A stretch of 64,000 nt of DNA, taken from assembly GCA_963752255.1 (NCBI GenBank), contig CAVVXT010000003.1:113076-177075 (forward strand), given 5' to 3'. Within the stretch, counting starts at the first letter, position 1. Each line of letters opens with the position of its first letter. Below, piece by piece: positions 21,628 to 32,578 of this stretch. The position numbers and the translations under genes are program-made. The notes below the pieces were generated by a model that was given only the letters and a program-made list of their open reading frames with translations, had not been told where the DNA came from and searched no databases. Source of the stretch: Nitrososphaeria archaeon (lineage in GTDB: Archaea > Thermoproteota > Nitrososphaeria > JACIWG01).

Positions 21628-23136
21628 TTGCTATTAACAATGCATCGGGAACAAACGGTAGATGAGCAGATAAATATTTTCTTTGATCCAAAGTCAGTAG
21701 CTGTAGTAGGTGCTTCACGGAAAGTAAACAAGGCAGGTTATGTGATATTTAAGAACTTTGCTGAGAATAAGAGAACCGGTTTATTCAAAGGAGAACTCTA
21801 TCCGATTAACCCTAACGAAGATACTATTCTAGGATACAAATGTTACCCGACGTTAACAAAAGTTCCGATTGATGAAATAGAACTTGTCGTAGTAATTGTT
21901 CCAGCAGCCGCCGTCCCTGAGGTTATGGAGGATGCGTCACAAAAGAAATCAAAAGCGGCTATAATAATAACAAGCGGTTTTGGCGAAACAGGAAATCACG
22001 AACTTGAGAGCCGTATCAAAGAGATCTGTCTCAAATCTGGGATACGAGTCTTGGGACCTAACTGCCTTGGCGTTTACGATCCTCTAACAGGTATAGATAC
22101 TCTCTTCTTGCCGGAGACAAAGGTTCTTATTTCTGGAGAAGAAGTAATCGCGACACCTCGTCCGATTCCCGGTGAGATAGCTGTAGTAACGCAAAGTGGT
22201 GCATTTGGTGCAGCCACCCTAGATTATCTTGCGGGTAGACAATTGGGGATCAGTAAGTTTGTTAGCTTCGGCAACAGACTAGATTTGGATGAATCAGATT
22301 TGCTACAATACTTTTTTAAAGATGAAACAACAAAAGGCATATTAGTCTATCTTGAGGGAATTAAAGATGGAAAAAGGTTCATGGAAATCTCCCAAAAAGT
22401 AACCGAGATCAAACCTGTAGTCGTGCTTAAGACTGGGAGGACTAATGCGGGAGCTAAAGCAGCAATGTCACACACAGGATCAATGGCCGGAGCAGACGAC
22501 ATATATAATACTGTTTTTTTGCAAACTGGTATAATTAGAGCAAGCGATATGAATGAATTTTTTGATAACTGCAAGGCCTTGGTGTTCCAGCCCCCTGCAT
22601 CTGGCAACAATATAGCTATAATTACAGATGCCGGTGGACCCGGCATAATGGCTGCGGATGAATGTGAGTTTAAGGGACTAAGAATTGGAGAACTTTCCAG
22701 AGAAGGTGTAAAAGCGTTGGAGGAAATGCGTCAAAGAAAAGAAATTCCTGAATACGCAAGCATTTCAAATCCAATCGATCTAACCGGCTCTGTTACAACT
22801 GACATGTTCGTTAATGTAACAAAAATAATATTAGAGGACTCTGCTGTTAACGGAATTATAATACTCGGACTACATCACGTCCCTGGTCTGCAAGAAGATT
22901 TTATCGATAGAGTCGCCAATTTAACAAAATATTACACTAAACCAATAGTATTTTGCGATATTGGCGAAACCGAAATGGCACTTTATGTTCGCTCAAAATT
23001 TGAAAAATTTGGCATTCCAGCTTACGCATCCCCTGAGGATGCAGCTCGAGCTATGGCTTCCCTTTATAATTACGGTCTATACCTTTTAAAACAAAACAAA
23101 TTTAATGATTTTCTAAATAAATTCATGAAGAAATGA
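21628..23136 (+). CDS. acdA: ADP-forming acetate/acyl-CoA ligase alpha subunit
   Basis: PKSVAVVGAS, GPNCLG, QSGA, SHTGS and NPIDL motifs. Confidence 0.9.
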   Translation: MLLTMHREQTVDEQINIFFDPKSVAVVGASRKVNKAGYVIFKNFAENKRTGLFKGELYPINPNEDTILGYKCYPTLTKVPIDEIELVVVIVPAAAVPEVMEDASQKKSKAAIIITSGFGETGNHELESRIKEICLKSGIRVLGPNCLGVYDPLTGIDTLFLPETKVLISGEEVIATPRPIPGEIAVVTQSGAFGAATLDYLAGRQLGISKFVSFGNRLDLDESDLLQYFFKDETTKGILVYLEGIKDGKRFMEISQKVTEIKPVVVLKTGRTNAGAKAAMSHTGSMAGADDIYNTVFLQTGIIRASDMNEFFDNCKALVFQPPASGNNIAIITDAGGPGIMAADECEFKGLRIGELSREGVKALEEMRQRKEIPEYASISNPIDLTGSVTTDMFVNVTKIILEDSAVNGIIILGLHHVPGLQEDFIDRVANLTKYYTKPIVFCDIGETEMALYVRSKFEKFGIPAYASPEDAARAMASLYNYGLYLLKQNKFNDFLNKFMKK

Positions 23137-23506
23137 AGAGTTTTAGATTTCAATAACTAGCCTTGACTGAGTTAAATGATAACATATATAGCTCTTTTCG
23201 TTACAATTAATACTTACTACATAATAGCCAAATATATTAAAAACAACTGATTTTTTCTTATTAGTTATAAGTTCGGTGTAAATATGAAGTATTAAATTAT
23301 TGTTAATCAATTACTGTGGGAATACCAGCTTTATTGTATAACTTTTTGTGATTAGTGTATAAAAGTTATTTCAAACTAGTATTATGTTTTACCAGCTACG
23401 GATTTTGCAGTAGTTTTTAATCCGAATAAGATCTATTTGACGGTAAAAAAATAGTCAATTATTTATACAGAAACGTTTAAAAAACTTAATGACACAATAA
23501 TAAACT

Positions 23507-24251
23507 ATGACAGAGAAGAAAGAAAATAAAAAGGACATAGGTCAAATGACTAATGTTGAAATAATGCAAGAACTCAGAAAGTTTGATACTGCCACCATAT
23601 GTAACGTCGTTGCAACATACCCGGGAAGTGATATTTGCTTAAAATTATATGATGCATGGTATGGAGAATATTACACCGATCTGAATCTCCATTGCATGTA
23701 TCCAGACCTTGGCCCACTTTGTGGCTATGCGGCGACTGCTTGGTATTCCCAAACATCAGCGGATTATACTAAATTAGATGAATGGTTATTGTATGATCAT
23801 CTGGACTTGAGTAATAAACCAATAATTCTAGTGTACCAAACAAACATACCCTCCTGAACTAGTTGATTCGTCAGGCCTTTTTGGGGGAAATATGACTTCC
23901 CAGTTTAAAGCAATGAAAGTCATCGGTATTGTCACAGACGGTCCCATGAGAGATTATGAAGAAATAAAAGAGATGAAAGTACAATATCTTGCAAAAGGAC
24001 TTACTTCTGGACATGGCCCACTAATGTTGAGAGGAGCGAACATACCGATTAAGGTCGCTGGAATGTCTGTCTCACCAGGCGATATAATACATATGGATAT
24101 CTGTGGAGCTGCAAAGTTCCCAGAAAAATATCTTCAAAAAGTATTAGAATATGCTATTGAACTCCGAGATAGAGAGGTCAAACACCAAAGCATGTTCCAA
24201 GACCCTAATTTTAATTATAAAAAATGGAAGGAGAGCTCCAAGAAATACTGA
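23507..24251 (+). CDS. RraA/HMG-CHA aldolase family protein (frameshifted)
   Basis: DTATICN, GYAATA, TDGPMRD and VSPGDIIH motifs over two ORFs. Confidence 0.8.
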
Positions 24252-24294
24252 GTCTATTTCCCTCTATTTGGAGAAACGATCTTGATACACTGAG

Positions 24295-25264
24295 TTACCG
24301 TTCAATTGAACAGTACATTTTTTCTCCTTTCTTTTTTACTTTAATAAGTGTCTTAACTTGTATACCGAACTTATCTAGCACCTGTTGTTTCCCCTTATAC
24401 ATTTCCTTCTCCATTATACATGCGACATCAATTATTTTTACACCATGTTTTTGGAAAGTGTCGATCAAAGAAATTAACGTGCCGCCAGTTGATATCGTGT
24501 CATCGATTATTAGTATTCGTTCACCTGCTTTAACACCATATATGTAGTATACTTCCTTTCTCATAACCGGAAGAATATTTTACTTTATCTAAGAGGTAGT
24601 CGTTTGTACCCAAAGGTCTCTTCCTTACGATCGCCATAGGTTTTCCCTTACTTTGAGCTACGAGCGTAGCTATTGGTAAACCTAATACTTCAGGCACCAC
24701 CACCTTATCAATTTCGTCTGAAGTTCTATAATTTATTTCGCTTGCTATCCAGGATAGCGTTCTAGGACTCGGGGGAGGCACGTGTTCTGTAATCCTATTT
24801 AATATGAACTCGTATACCTTCCTTGAACCGTCTTTCACCCAACGCCTTCTAATTATTTTTGCATTTTCATAATACGAGGTTATTTCAGAGACTATTTCTT
24901 CATCATATTTCTTTTTCAGCGTTTGCGATTGTCTGATTTCTCTGAAGAAACATGTAACATTTCCTGTGTGGCAGGTCGGTCCAAATGGCTCGACCATATA
25001 AAGTATGGTATCATTGTCGCAGTCTACTCTGATCTGTACAACTTTAAGACGATTTCCGGATGTTTCACCTTTCATCCATAACTTTTTCCTCGATCTGCTC
25101 CAGAAATAACCGTATCCTGTTTCTATAGTTCTGTTTACAGCCTCTTTGTTGGCATAGGCTATCATAAGTACCCTGTTTGTTACAAAATCTTGCACGACAA
25201 CAGGAACGAGACCGTTTTCCCCAAATTCTATGTTCCCTATTTCAACTGCTCCGTATGTTTTCAT
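24295..25264 (-). CDS. hisI: Phosphoribosyl-AMP cyclohydrolase apparently fused to a type I phosphoribosyltransferase (frameshift near 24545)
   Basis: SRSR..LW.KGETSGN, DCDND and CHTG..TCF motifs, then in frame ITEHVPP...GLPIA...VRKR; IIDDTISTGGT in the next frame. Confidence 0.8.
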
Positions 25265-26031
25265 GTAATCCTTACACACACTCCTCTATCGGCAAGATAT
25301 TTTTTCACAACTTGCACAGGATACTCGTTAAAATGGAATATTGACGCGGCCAGCACAGCGTCAGCCTTCCCGATAGTAACCGCTTCATATAGATGCTGTG
25401 GGTTTCCTCCGCCTCCACTCGCTATAACCGGGATGTTAACGTTTGAAGCAACAAGTGAAGTTAGTTCAAGATCATATCCGATCTTTGAGCCATCCCTATC
25501 TATCGATGTTAGAAGGATCTCCCCTGCCCCAAGCTTTTCCACAGTCACAGCCCAATCCCTCACATCAATTCCCCTTGCTTTGCGGGCACCGTGAGTATAA
25601 ACCTCAAAGCCTGAATACACGTTTTTCGATCGTTTCCCATCTATGGCTACAACCACACACTGGCTACCATATTTGTTAGCGAGCTCGGTTATTATGGTGG
25701 GTTTTTCGACAGCCATAGTATTTATTGATATTTTATCGGCTCCATTCCTCAAAATCGAATATGTATCATCCATGCTTCTTATCCCACCTCCGACAGTAAA
25801 CGGAATATCCAGAACTTCTGCAACGCTCTTGACAACGCTTAGTAAAGTTTTTCTTGTTTCAATTGTTGCGGTTATATCTAAAAAGACTATCTCATCAGCG
25901 TTATCATTTCTGTACTTAAGCGCCATTTCAACAGGGTCACCCGCTACTTTCAAGTCGACAAAGCTTTTTCCTTTCATTACCTTACCGTTGTCGACATCTA
26001 GGCACGGAATTATCCTTTTAGCTATAGTCGT
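25261..26031 (-). CDS. hisF: Imidazole glycerol phosphate synthase cyclase subunit
   Basis: AKRIIPCLDV, ADEIVFLDITA and GEILLTSIDRDG motifs; apparent start codon ACG. Confidence 0.93.
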   Translation of the reverse strand, partial: TTIAKRIIPCLDVDNGKVMKGKSFVDLKVAGDPVEMALKYRNDNADEIVFLDITATIETRKTLLSVVKSVAEVLDIPFTVGGGIRSMDDTYSILRNGADKISINTMAVEKPTIITELANKYGSQCVVVAIDGKRSKNVYSGFEVYTHGARKARGIDVRDWAVTVEKLGAGEILLTSIDRDGSKIGYDLELTSLVASNVNIPVIASGGGGNPQHLYEAVTIGKADAVLAASIFHFNEYPVQVVKKYLADRGVCVRIT

Positions 26032-26737
26032 TTCTGGTCACCTTTAAAGCATCAGAGATGTCAATTAATCTATCGTATATCACTCGGCCGAGGATTACCC
26101 CCTTGATTTTATAATTCTTCAAGATCCTGATATCGTTTAATGAAGAGATTCCGCCTGCAACATAAATTTGTTCAGAAAAATCACGTAACAGGTCCAAATA
26201 TGAGGTATCAAGTCCTGTTAGGGTGCCATCTCTTTGAACGTTTGTTGAAAGAAATAACCTGAAACCCTGGTTCCAAAGACCTTGGAGTGTGGGTCGAAGC
26301 TCGAGAGCCAATTTTTTTTTCCAGCCATTTATAACAATCTTTCCCCATGAATGATCTATGGCAACAATTATTCTTTCAGCACCAAATTTTAACAACTCCG
26401 CGCGATCAATTTGACCGGTAAATATTCCAGTTCCAAGAATAGCTCTGCAAGATCCTATTTCAAATATCTTTTCTACTTCCCGGATGCTATGCAGTCCACC
26501 TCCCACCTGGATTTTTAGATTAGATTTCTGAATAATTTTCCCAATTACTTCAAAGTTACTTCCTATGCCTAAAGCCGCATCAAGATCTATAATGTGCAAG
26601 CCGTCAACCTTCATTTTCTCCCAATTTTCTGCGGTTTTAACGGGGTTATCACTGTAAACTATCATTTTTTCTTGTTCCCCTTTTATTAGCCTTACAACCT
26701 TTCCTTTCATTAAGTCAACTGACGGCCATACTTCCAA
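26018..26737 (-). CDS. hisA: ProFAR isomerase
   Basis: PSVDL..GKVVRL, HIIDLD, QVGGG and RDGTL motifs; TTG start after GGTGA. Confidence 0.9.
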   Translation of the reverse strand: MEVWPSVDLMKGKVVRLIKGEQEKMIVYSDNPVKTAENWEKMKVDGLHIIDLDAALGIGSNFEVIGKIIQKSNLKIQVGGGLHSIREVEKIFEIGSCRAILGTGIFTGQIDRAELLKFGAERIIVAIDHSWGKIVINGWKKKLALELRPTLQGLWNQGFRLFLSTNVQRDGTLTGLDTSYLDLLRDFSEQIYVAGGISSLNDIRILKNYKIKGVILGRVIYDRLIDISDALKVTRNDYS

Positions 26738-26741
26738 TTTA

Positions 26742-27343
26742 TCACCTCTTTGCGTACTCAATAAAATTCTCCAAGATTTTTTTCCTATATCTCCCGACTT
26801 TTCAGGATGGAATTGTGTTCCGAACACGTTTTTCTTTTCGACAACTGAAGTGAATGTTGAGCCATAGAATGTTGTACCTGTTTTAATAGAATCTTCTTTT
26901 GGTTCAGGATAATACGAGTGAGCAAAGTAAACCCACCTCGGTTCATATATATGATTAAGTAAAATGCTGTCGTTATTTAATTTAACAGAGTTCCATCCCA
27001 TATGCGGTATTTTTACACCATTGCTAAATCTAATTACTTCACCTTTGAGTATGCCTAATCCGCCGCCCGGTCCCTCTTCACTTCGTTCAAACATGAGCTG
27101 AAGTCCAAGACATATTCCAAGAAGGGGAATACCTTCTCCGATCGCATCAATGATCTCGTTTTTGACTTTTTCCATGGTGCCGCAGGCTGATGAAAAACTT
27201 CCGACACCTGGAAGAATGATTGCGGAATATTTCCTTAGGTCATTATTTTTTGAGATGACTTCAACATCGACGCTGAGTCTTCTCAGTGAAGAGAGAAGGC
27301 TAAACATGTTGCTTGCGCCATAGTCTATTACAGCAAATTTCAT
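26742..27343 (-). CDS. hisH: IGP synthase glutamine amidotransferase (1-nt indel near the 3' end)
   Basis: IDYG..N, LPGVG, GICLG and QFHPEKS motifs; adding one A at 26777-26783 gives GKKILENFIEYAKR*. Confidence 0.9.
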
Positions 27344-27919
27344 CTACATCTTGCCTTTGGAGCTGGGAATACCTTTACGTTTCCGATCAACTTCCCATGC
27401 TTCGCTTAAAGATAGAGCAATTCCTTTGAATACTGCCTCGACCTTGTGATGATTGTTTGTGCCATTCAGAACATTTACGTGCAAAGTAAATTTTAACGAA
27501 TTCGCTAAGAGTTTCAATAAAGTGCTGTATGTCTTCTGAAGCCATGTCTTCTATTTGTCCACCCCATAAACCAAGTTCTATATCTGAGAATTGGCGAGTG
27601 ACTAAATCAATGCTCACGAGCGCCAAAGCGTCATCCATTGGAACTATTGAATGGCCAAACCTCTTAATGCTCTTCCTGTCACCGAGTGCCTGTCTTAACG
27701 CTTCCCCTAACGTTATCGCGACATCTTCAACTATGTGGTGACTTAGATCTCCTCTTGCTTTAATTTCAGGTCAATATAGCTGTGAACAGCAAGTTCACAA
27801 AGGAGGTGGTCTAAAAATCTTACACCGGTGTCTATGTTGGTTTTACCCTCTCCGTCTACGTTCAACCTTATCTTGATTTCAGTTTCTTTGGTCTTTCTCT
27901 CAACAGTTGAAGTTCTCAT
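27344..27919 (-). CDS. hisB: Imidazoleglycerol-phosphate dehydratase (two compensating frameshifts)
   Basis: RKTKETEI, FLDHLL, HHIVED, PMDDAL, NNHHKVEA and PSSKG motifs. Confidence 0.88.
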
Positions 27920-27920
27920 G

Positions 27921-29018
27921 TTAAGTCACCGTAAATTCCCTTGTATATAACGTTGCGAGATCATCGACTGACTTCACAATCAAATCTGCACCTTGCTCCA
28001 TAAAGAACTTTTCGACAGCCACAGGATCTTCCTTTAGTCCTGTTATACCTGCAAACATAATTTGAGCTAAACTTTTTTTTGCGTTATTAACCATTAGAAC
28101 ATCCTCAGATGAGTCGCCGACATATAATGTAACAGAATTTCCGACTAAATTTAAAAGCGGTAAAGGAGAAGGTTTCTTCATCGGAATTGCCTTTTTGTTA
28201 TCCCGTCTGACAACATCCTCTATAAAGATTGAAGAATCAAAGTCAAAATATTCTATGAGAGAGCCTAAAACATGTTCTACACCCATTCTTGAACGCCCTG
28301 TAAGCATAAAAAAAGGTAAACCGATATCTGTTCCAAGCCTTTTAAATGATTTTTCGTTTACCGCCGCTCTCTCATTTCCAATTAGTCCTCCCCTAGTCAA
28401 TATAGGTCTTGAGCCATAGATCTTCTTATAAATTCTGTTACCATAGTATATCGAATCGAAAAGTTTAACAAGGTAACTCTTTGAAGGATTTAATGGCACA
28501 CCGAGTTCCTCTATTAGTTGTTGGAACTCATCAAAAGTTCCTTTTTTATTGCACGTCGATATTGCATATTTGTCTACATCAGAGATCGGATCTGTTTTAA
28601 GAGAGCTAAGGAAAGTCTTAAATTGTAACTGCAATAATTTCTCGTTTATTTCTTCGCTCTCCTGATTCAACTTGCCATATTCCAACCAAAATAGGATTGC
28701 TTGTGCTGATTCCTTTGACAGCTGTGAAAAAATGAAGACTGTTAAGGCGTATACAGCATCCCACTCGTTGTTATAGAGCCCACTTTCCCTCAATTTTTCA
28801 ATCTGCGCTCGATCTATAGATGATTTTTTCCTCAGTGGCCTAAAAATGTAGTTAAGAACTTCAATTATTGCAGAGTCATACGAATTTCTTGAATCAACGA
28901 GAACGCCATCGCAATCAAATACTAGGCGATTAGCTGAATTTAGTTTACCCAAACTCCTGTTAAGCAACAATGCTCTCCCCTTGCTCAGTCTGATTTCTAA
29001 ATAGTTATTGACTGACAA
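27921..29018 (-). CDS. HAD-family phosphatase inside the his operon, candidate histidinol-phosphatase
   Basis: FDCDGVLVD, TGR, KP and YVGD...D motifs; lies between hisC and hisB. Confidence 0.75.
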   Translation of the reverse strand: MSVNNYLEIRLSKGRALLLNRSLGKLNSANRLVFDCDGVLVDSRNSYDSAIIEVLNYIFRPLRKKSSIDRAQIEKLRESGLYNNEWDAVYALTVFIFSQLSKESAQAILFWLEYGKLNQESEEINEKLLQLQFKTFLSSLKTDPISDVDKYAISTCNKKGTFDEFQQLIEELGVPLNPSKSYLVKLFDSIYYGNRIYKKIYGSRPILTRGGLIGNERAAVNEKSFKRLGTDIGLPFFMLTGRSRMGVEHVLGSLIEYFDFDSSIFIEDVVRRDNKKAIPMKKPSPLPLLNLVGNSVTLYVGDSSEDVLMVNNAKKSLAQIMFAGITGLKEDPVAVEKFFMEQGADLIVKSVDDLATLYTREFTVT

Positions 29019-30073
29019 TCTTCTTCACTAGTTTGAAAAAAGTTTGGTTCATTTCACCTGTTCCGACTGTAACTCTAAAATAGTGTTCGCCAAATATCTT
29101 CCCAATGTTCCTAATCATTACACCCTTATCATACAATTTATTATAGAATTTGTCAGGGTCAATAGGAGAGCGGAAAAGTATAAAGTTGGCCTCTGATTTA
29201 TAGGCTTCAACTCCCACCGATTTAAGGTCGTTATAGAGTTTTTCCCTTTCAACCTTAAGTCTATCGACTGCATCTTCTATAATCTTTCTGTTTTGAATAA
29301 GCTTGATAGCGATTCTAGCTGCGAAGTTTACGATAGGGTATGTTAACTGAGCAACAGTTGAGATAGGCTTCGATATTTTGGGGTTAGCTATCATGTAACC
29401 TATTCTCAATCCCAGCTAAGCCATACGACTTCGAGAAAGTTCTCAATACAATAAGATTTTCATATTCATTGATCAAAGAATAAACTGAGTATTTTGCGAA
29501 ATCAACGTATGCTTCATCGATGACTACGAGACCATCAAGTCTGTTAACCACTTCTCTGACAATCTCTATAGGAAACTGATTACCTGTTGGATTATTTGGT
29601 GAACAAAGTATAGCTAATGCGGCCCCTTGTCCTTCTTGAACAAATTTATCGAGGTCCAAAGAGAAATCGTGTTTAAGTGGCACAGCTACATATTCGCCTC
29701 CATTAAAAATTGTCCTATAGCGATAAACTGGAAAGGTTGGGAAGATTGAGACAACTTTTTGTTCCGGGGCAAAAATGTTAAGCAGTATGTCGATGAGCTG
29801 GTCCTCTCCAGAACCCACAGTAATACTGTCTTCACCCAAATTTAGAAACCTTGAGAGAACCTTAACTATTTCAACGTTTTCTATATTTGGGTAGAGCCTT
29901 AAATCAACTTCATTAAGCACTTCTTCAGCTAATCTTTTTAGAACATCTCTGTCCATAAGAAAATTCTCGTTAGCATTAAGCCTTAGAATTACATTTTCCA
30001 CTTCTTCCATGGGATAATATTCGTACTTGTTCAAGTTTTCAAGCCTATCAGCTACTACCCTGTTAAGCGTCAT
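29005..30073 (-). CDS. hisC: Histidinol-phosphate aminotransferase (frameshift near 29410)
   Basis: LNANEN, SPNNPTG, DEAY and RTFSK.YGLAG.RIGY motifs. Confidence 0.9.
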
Positions 30074-31348
30074 TTTCTTCTCACTGAATATTCTATTGAC
30101 TTCAAATGGTTATTTAGGCCTTCTGAAGAAGCTAACGTCTTGATTGTTGGGAACGATTTGACGATCCCAGACTTGGAAGCTATAACCACTCTAACCAACT
30201 TAATATAGTCTAACACGTTTAATCCACCTCTCTTTAACGCGTAACAGTCAGTTGGAAGAACATGATTTACTCCGACAAAATAGTCCGTCACAACACTCGA
30301 CGAATTAACTACGGTTACTCCAACATTTTCAATTTTGTCTATGATTCGACTAAAATCTTTTGAAATTACTTCAAAGTGTTCAGGGGCAAAACCGTTAACG
30401 AAATCAACTACGGTATCTACTTTATCAGCAACGATAACAAATCCCTTGCCTTCAAGAGCTGCTGTGACTATTTCTTTACGGTCCACGGTTCCAATTATCT
30501 TTGATATCTCGCTCACTACTTTTTCAGCTAACTCTTTGGAACAGGTTATGAACCCGCAAACAGAGTCAGTTCCATGTTCCGCTTGAGAAATTAAATCCAG
30601 AGCTATAGACTTGGGATCAGATTCCAGTATCTGCATAGATTATTATTTCTGTAGGCCCAGCGGGCATGTCTATTTGAACGTCTCTTGAAACTATTGTTTT
30701 AGCTTTTGTAACATAAGCATTACCTGGACCAACTATCTTATCAACTGGCGCAATTGTCTCTGTGCCGTATGCAAGAGCTGCGATAGCCTGCGCACCTCCG
30801 ATCCGATAAACTTCTGAAGCACCCGCGATATTGGAGGCAACAAGCATCAATGGAGTGAGTTTATTTGGTGGTGTTACAACGACTGTTCTTTCTACACCGG
30901 CTACTTTGGCCGGAACCACAGTCATCAATAGTGTACTTGGATACGACGCCTTCCCACCAGGGATATAGCATCCCACACTACGGATAGGTCTTGTTGTCTG
31001 ACGAATTATGAAACCATTAGCTCTAAGTGTTATGTGCAGTCTATCCTTTGTTTTTTTTTCTAATTTCTCAATGTTCTTCTTTAACGTATAAAGCGCTCGA
31101 ACCTCTTTCTCATTGACTTTTCCATAAGCCTGTTGTATTTCTTTCTGGGAAATTCGAAGCAAATTTTGCTTTAAAGATATACCATCAAATTGCCTTGTAT
31201 ACTCTATCAGAGCATTGTCACCCCTTTTTCTAACCTGGCCAACTATTTCCACAACCTTTTTGTCAAGTCCAATATCCAAATCAGATTTCTTTCTTACTTC
31301 ATTTAGTACGTAATCTATGTCGTTCTTAGATAGTTTGAAGAATTTCAT
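30070..31348 (-). CDS. hisD: Histidinol dehydrogenase (frameshift near 30620)
   Basis: YIPGG, GGAQAIAALAYG, GPGN, QAEH, APEH and NHVLPT motifs. Confidence 0.92.
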
Positions 31349-31349
31349 G

Positions 31350-32333
31350 TTATTTTTCCCCGTTTTCTTCTTTGGCGATATCTTCAAGCGGCATTATCAG
31401 TTGGGGCTCGTGTACTACAAGACCTTGAGCTACTTTACGAAGTTTAGGTAGTAATCTTATGTAATCAGACCTGTTAATGATGGTGTTGACAGCATACCAA
31501 CCGGGCTTAGAAAGGGGGCTTATCGTTGGACCTTTAAGCCCAGGTAGCAGAGTGATAAGGTCCTGTAGTTTATCCTCTTTAACATTAACAAATATGTGCA
31601 GTTTCTTGCTACTTTCAATTACACCCCTAAAGAGTGCAACCACATCGTAGATTTTTTCTCTTTTATTTGGATCATTTAAAGAAGCTTTGTTAGCGATTAG
31701 AACCGCTTGAGACCTCACTATTACATCTATGGGTTTTAATCCGTTTTGCTCTAAAGTCGTACCAGTTTCTGACACATCAGCTATTGCATCAGCTTCTTCT
31801 GGAGGTTTGGCTTCTGTAGCACCGAAAGAAAGGTAGACTTGAACGTGCTTATTTTCACCAGTCTTCCACCATGGTGTTACAATAATTGGTTTCTCTCTGC
31901 CGTAGAGTTTTTTATATTCTCTGAGATCAGATATGTACTGAGACACGGATGATGGGTACTCCGTTGATATTCTAATGATCTTATCGGAAGCATGATATGA
32001 TTCAAGAAGTTTCTCGAATGAATCTACGTTAATTGTTTTTGGAACCGCTATCATAAGATTTACAGCACCATACTCCAAATTTAAAAGAACCTTTACACGC
32101 GCTTTAGTTTCTTGAACCCAGTCAAGGCCCGTTATTCCGATGTCATAAAGACCGTCGGAAACGTAGATAGGTATTTCCTGAGGTCTTAGAATCTTAAACT
32201 TTATCTCAGAGTCGTCGGATGTGGGGCGATAGCTTCGTTCTTTTCCGTATATTCTAATAAACGCTTTCTCAAGAAAGTCGTAGGTTGACTTTTCAAGTGA
32301 TCCTTTCGGTATAGCAAAAAGTATTCTAGACAA
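31350..32333 (-). CDS. hisG: ATP phosphoribosyltransferase, long form
   Basis: PKGSL, RPQEIP, GATE, ETGTTL..NGL and the PTIS regulatory domain. Confidence 0.93.
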   Translation of the reverse strand: MSRILFAIPKGSLEKSTYDFLEKAFIRIYGKERSYRPTSDDSEIKFKILRPQEIPIYVSDGLYDIGITGLDWVQETKARVKVLLNLEYGAVNLMIAVPKTINVDSFEKLLESYHASDKIIRISTEYPSSVSQYISDLREYKKLYGREKPIIVTPWWKTGENKHVQVYLSFGATEAKPPEEADAIADVSETGTTLEQNGLKPIDVIVRSQAVLIANKASLNDPNKREKIYDVVALFRGVIESSKKLHIFVNVKEDKLQDLITLLPGLKGPTISPLSKPGWYAVNTIINRSDYIRLLPKLRKVAQGLVVHEPQLIMPLEDIAKEENGEK

Positions 32334-32578
32334 AAAATAACACCTTCCAGACCGCTAAATTATTTGATTCCTTTTTATCCTTATCTTCAATAAAATTTCT
32401 TAGTGTTACACAAAGTTCATAGGTTATTATGAACTAAACCACCCATCAGCTAACCACGCCAACATCTCATAAATAAAGTGTATATAAATATAGTGTGGAA
32501 ATTTTCTATGAAATATATTATAACTAAACAGGATTTTCGATTATATCTATTTTTTAGTTAATACAACCTATATTATAG

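Noticed and set aside
26018-27343. HisH-HisA fusion (441-aa ORF)
   Set aside because: One extra A in the run at 26777-26783 restores a normal HisH end and stop; HisA has its own SD and TTG start
32407-32497. Additional motif B-like cores in the hisG divergent promoter region
   Set aside because: Degenerate, lacking the GTGTWGG flank and the 57-bp spacing; could be chance in AT-rich DNA
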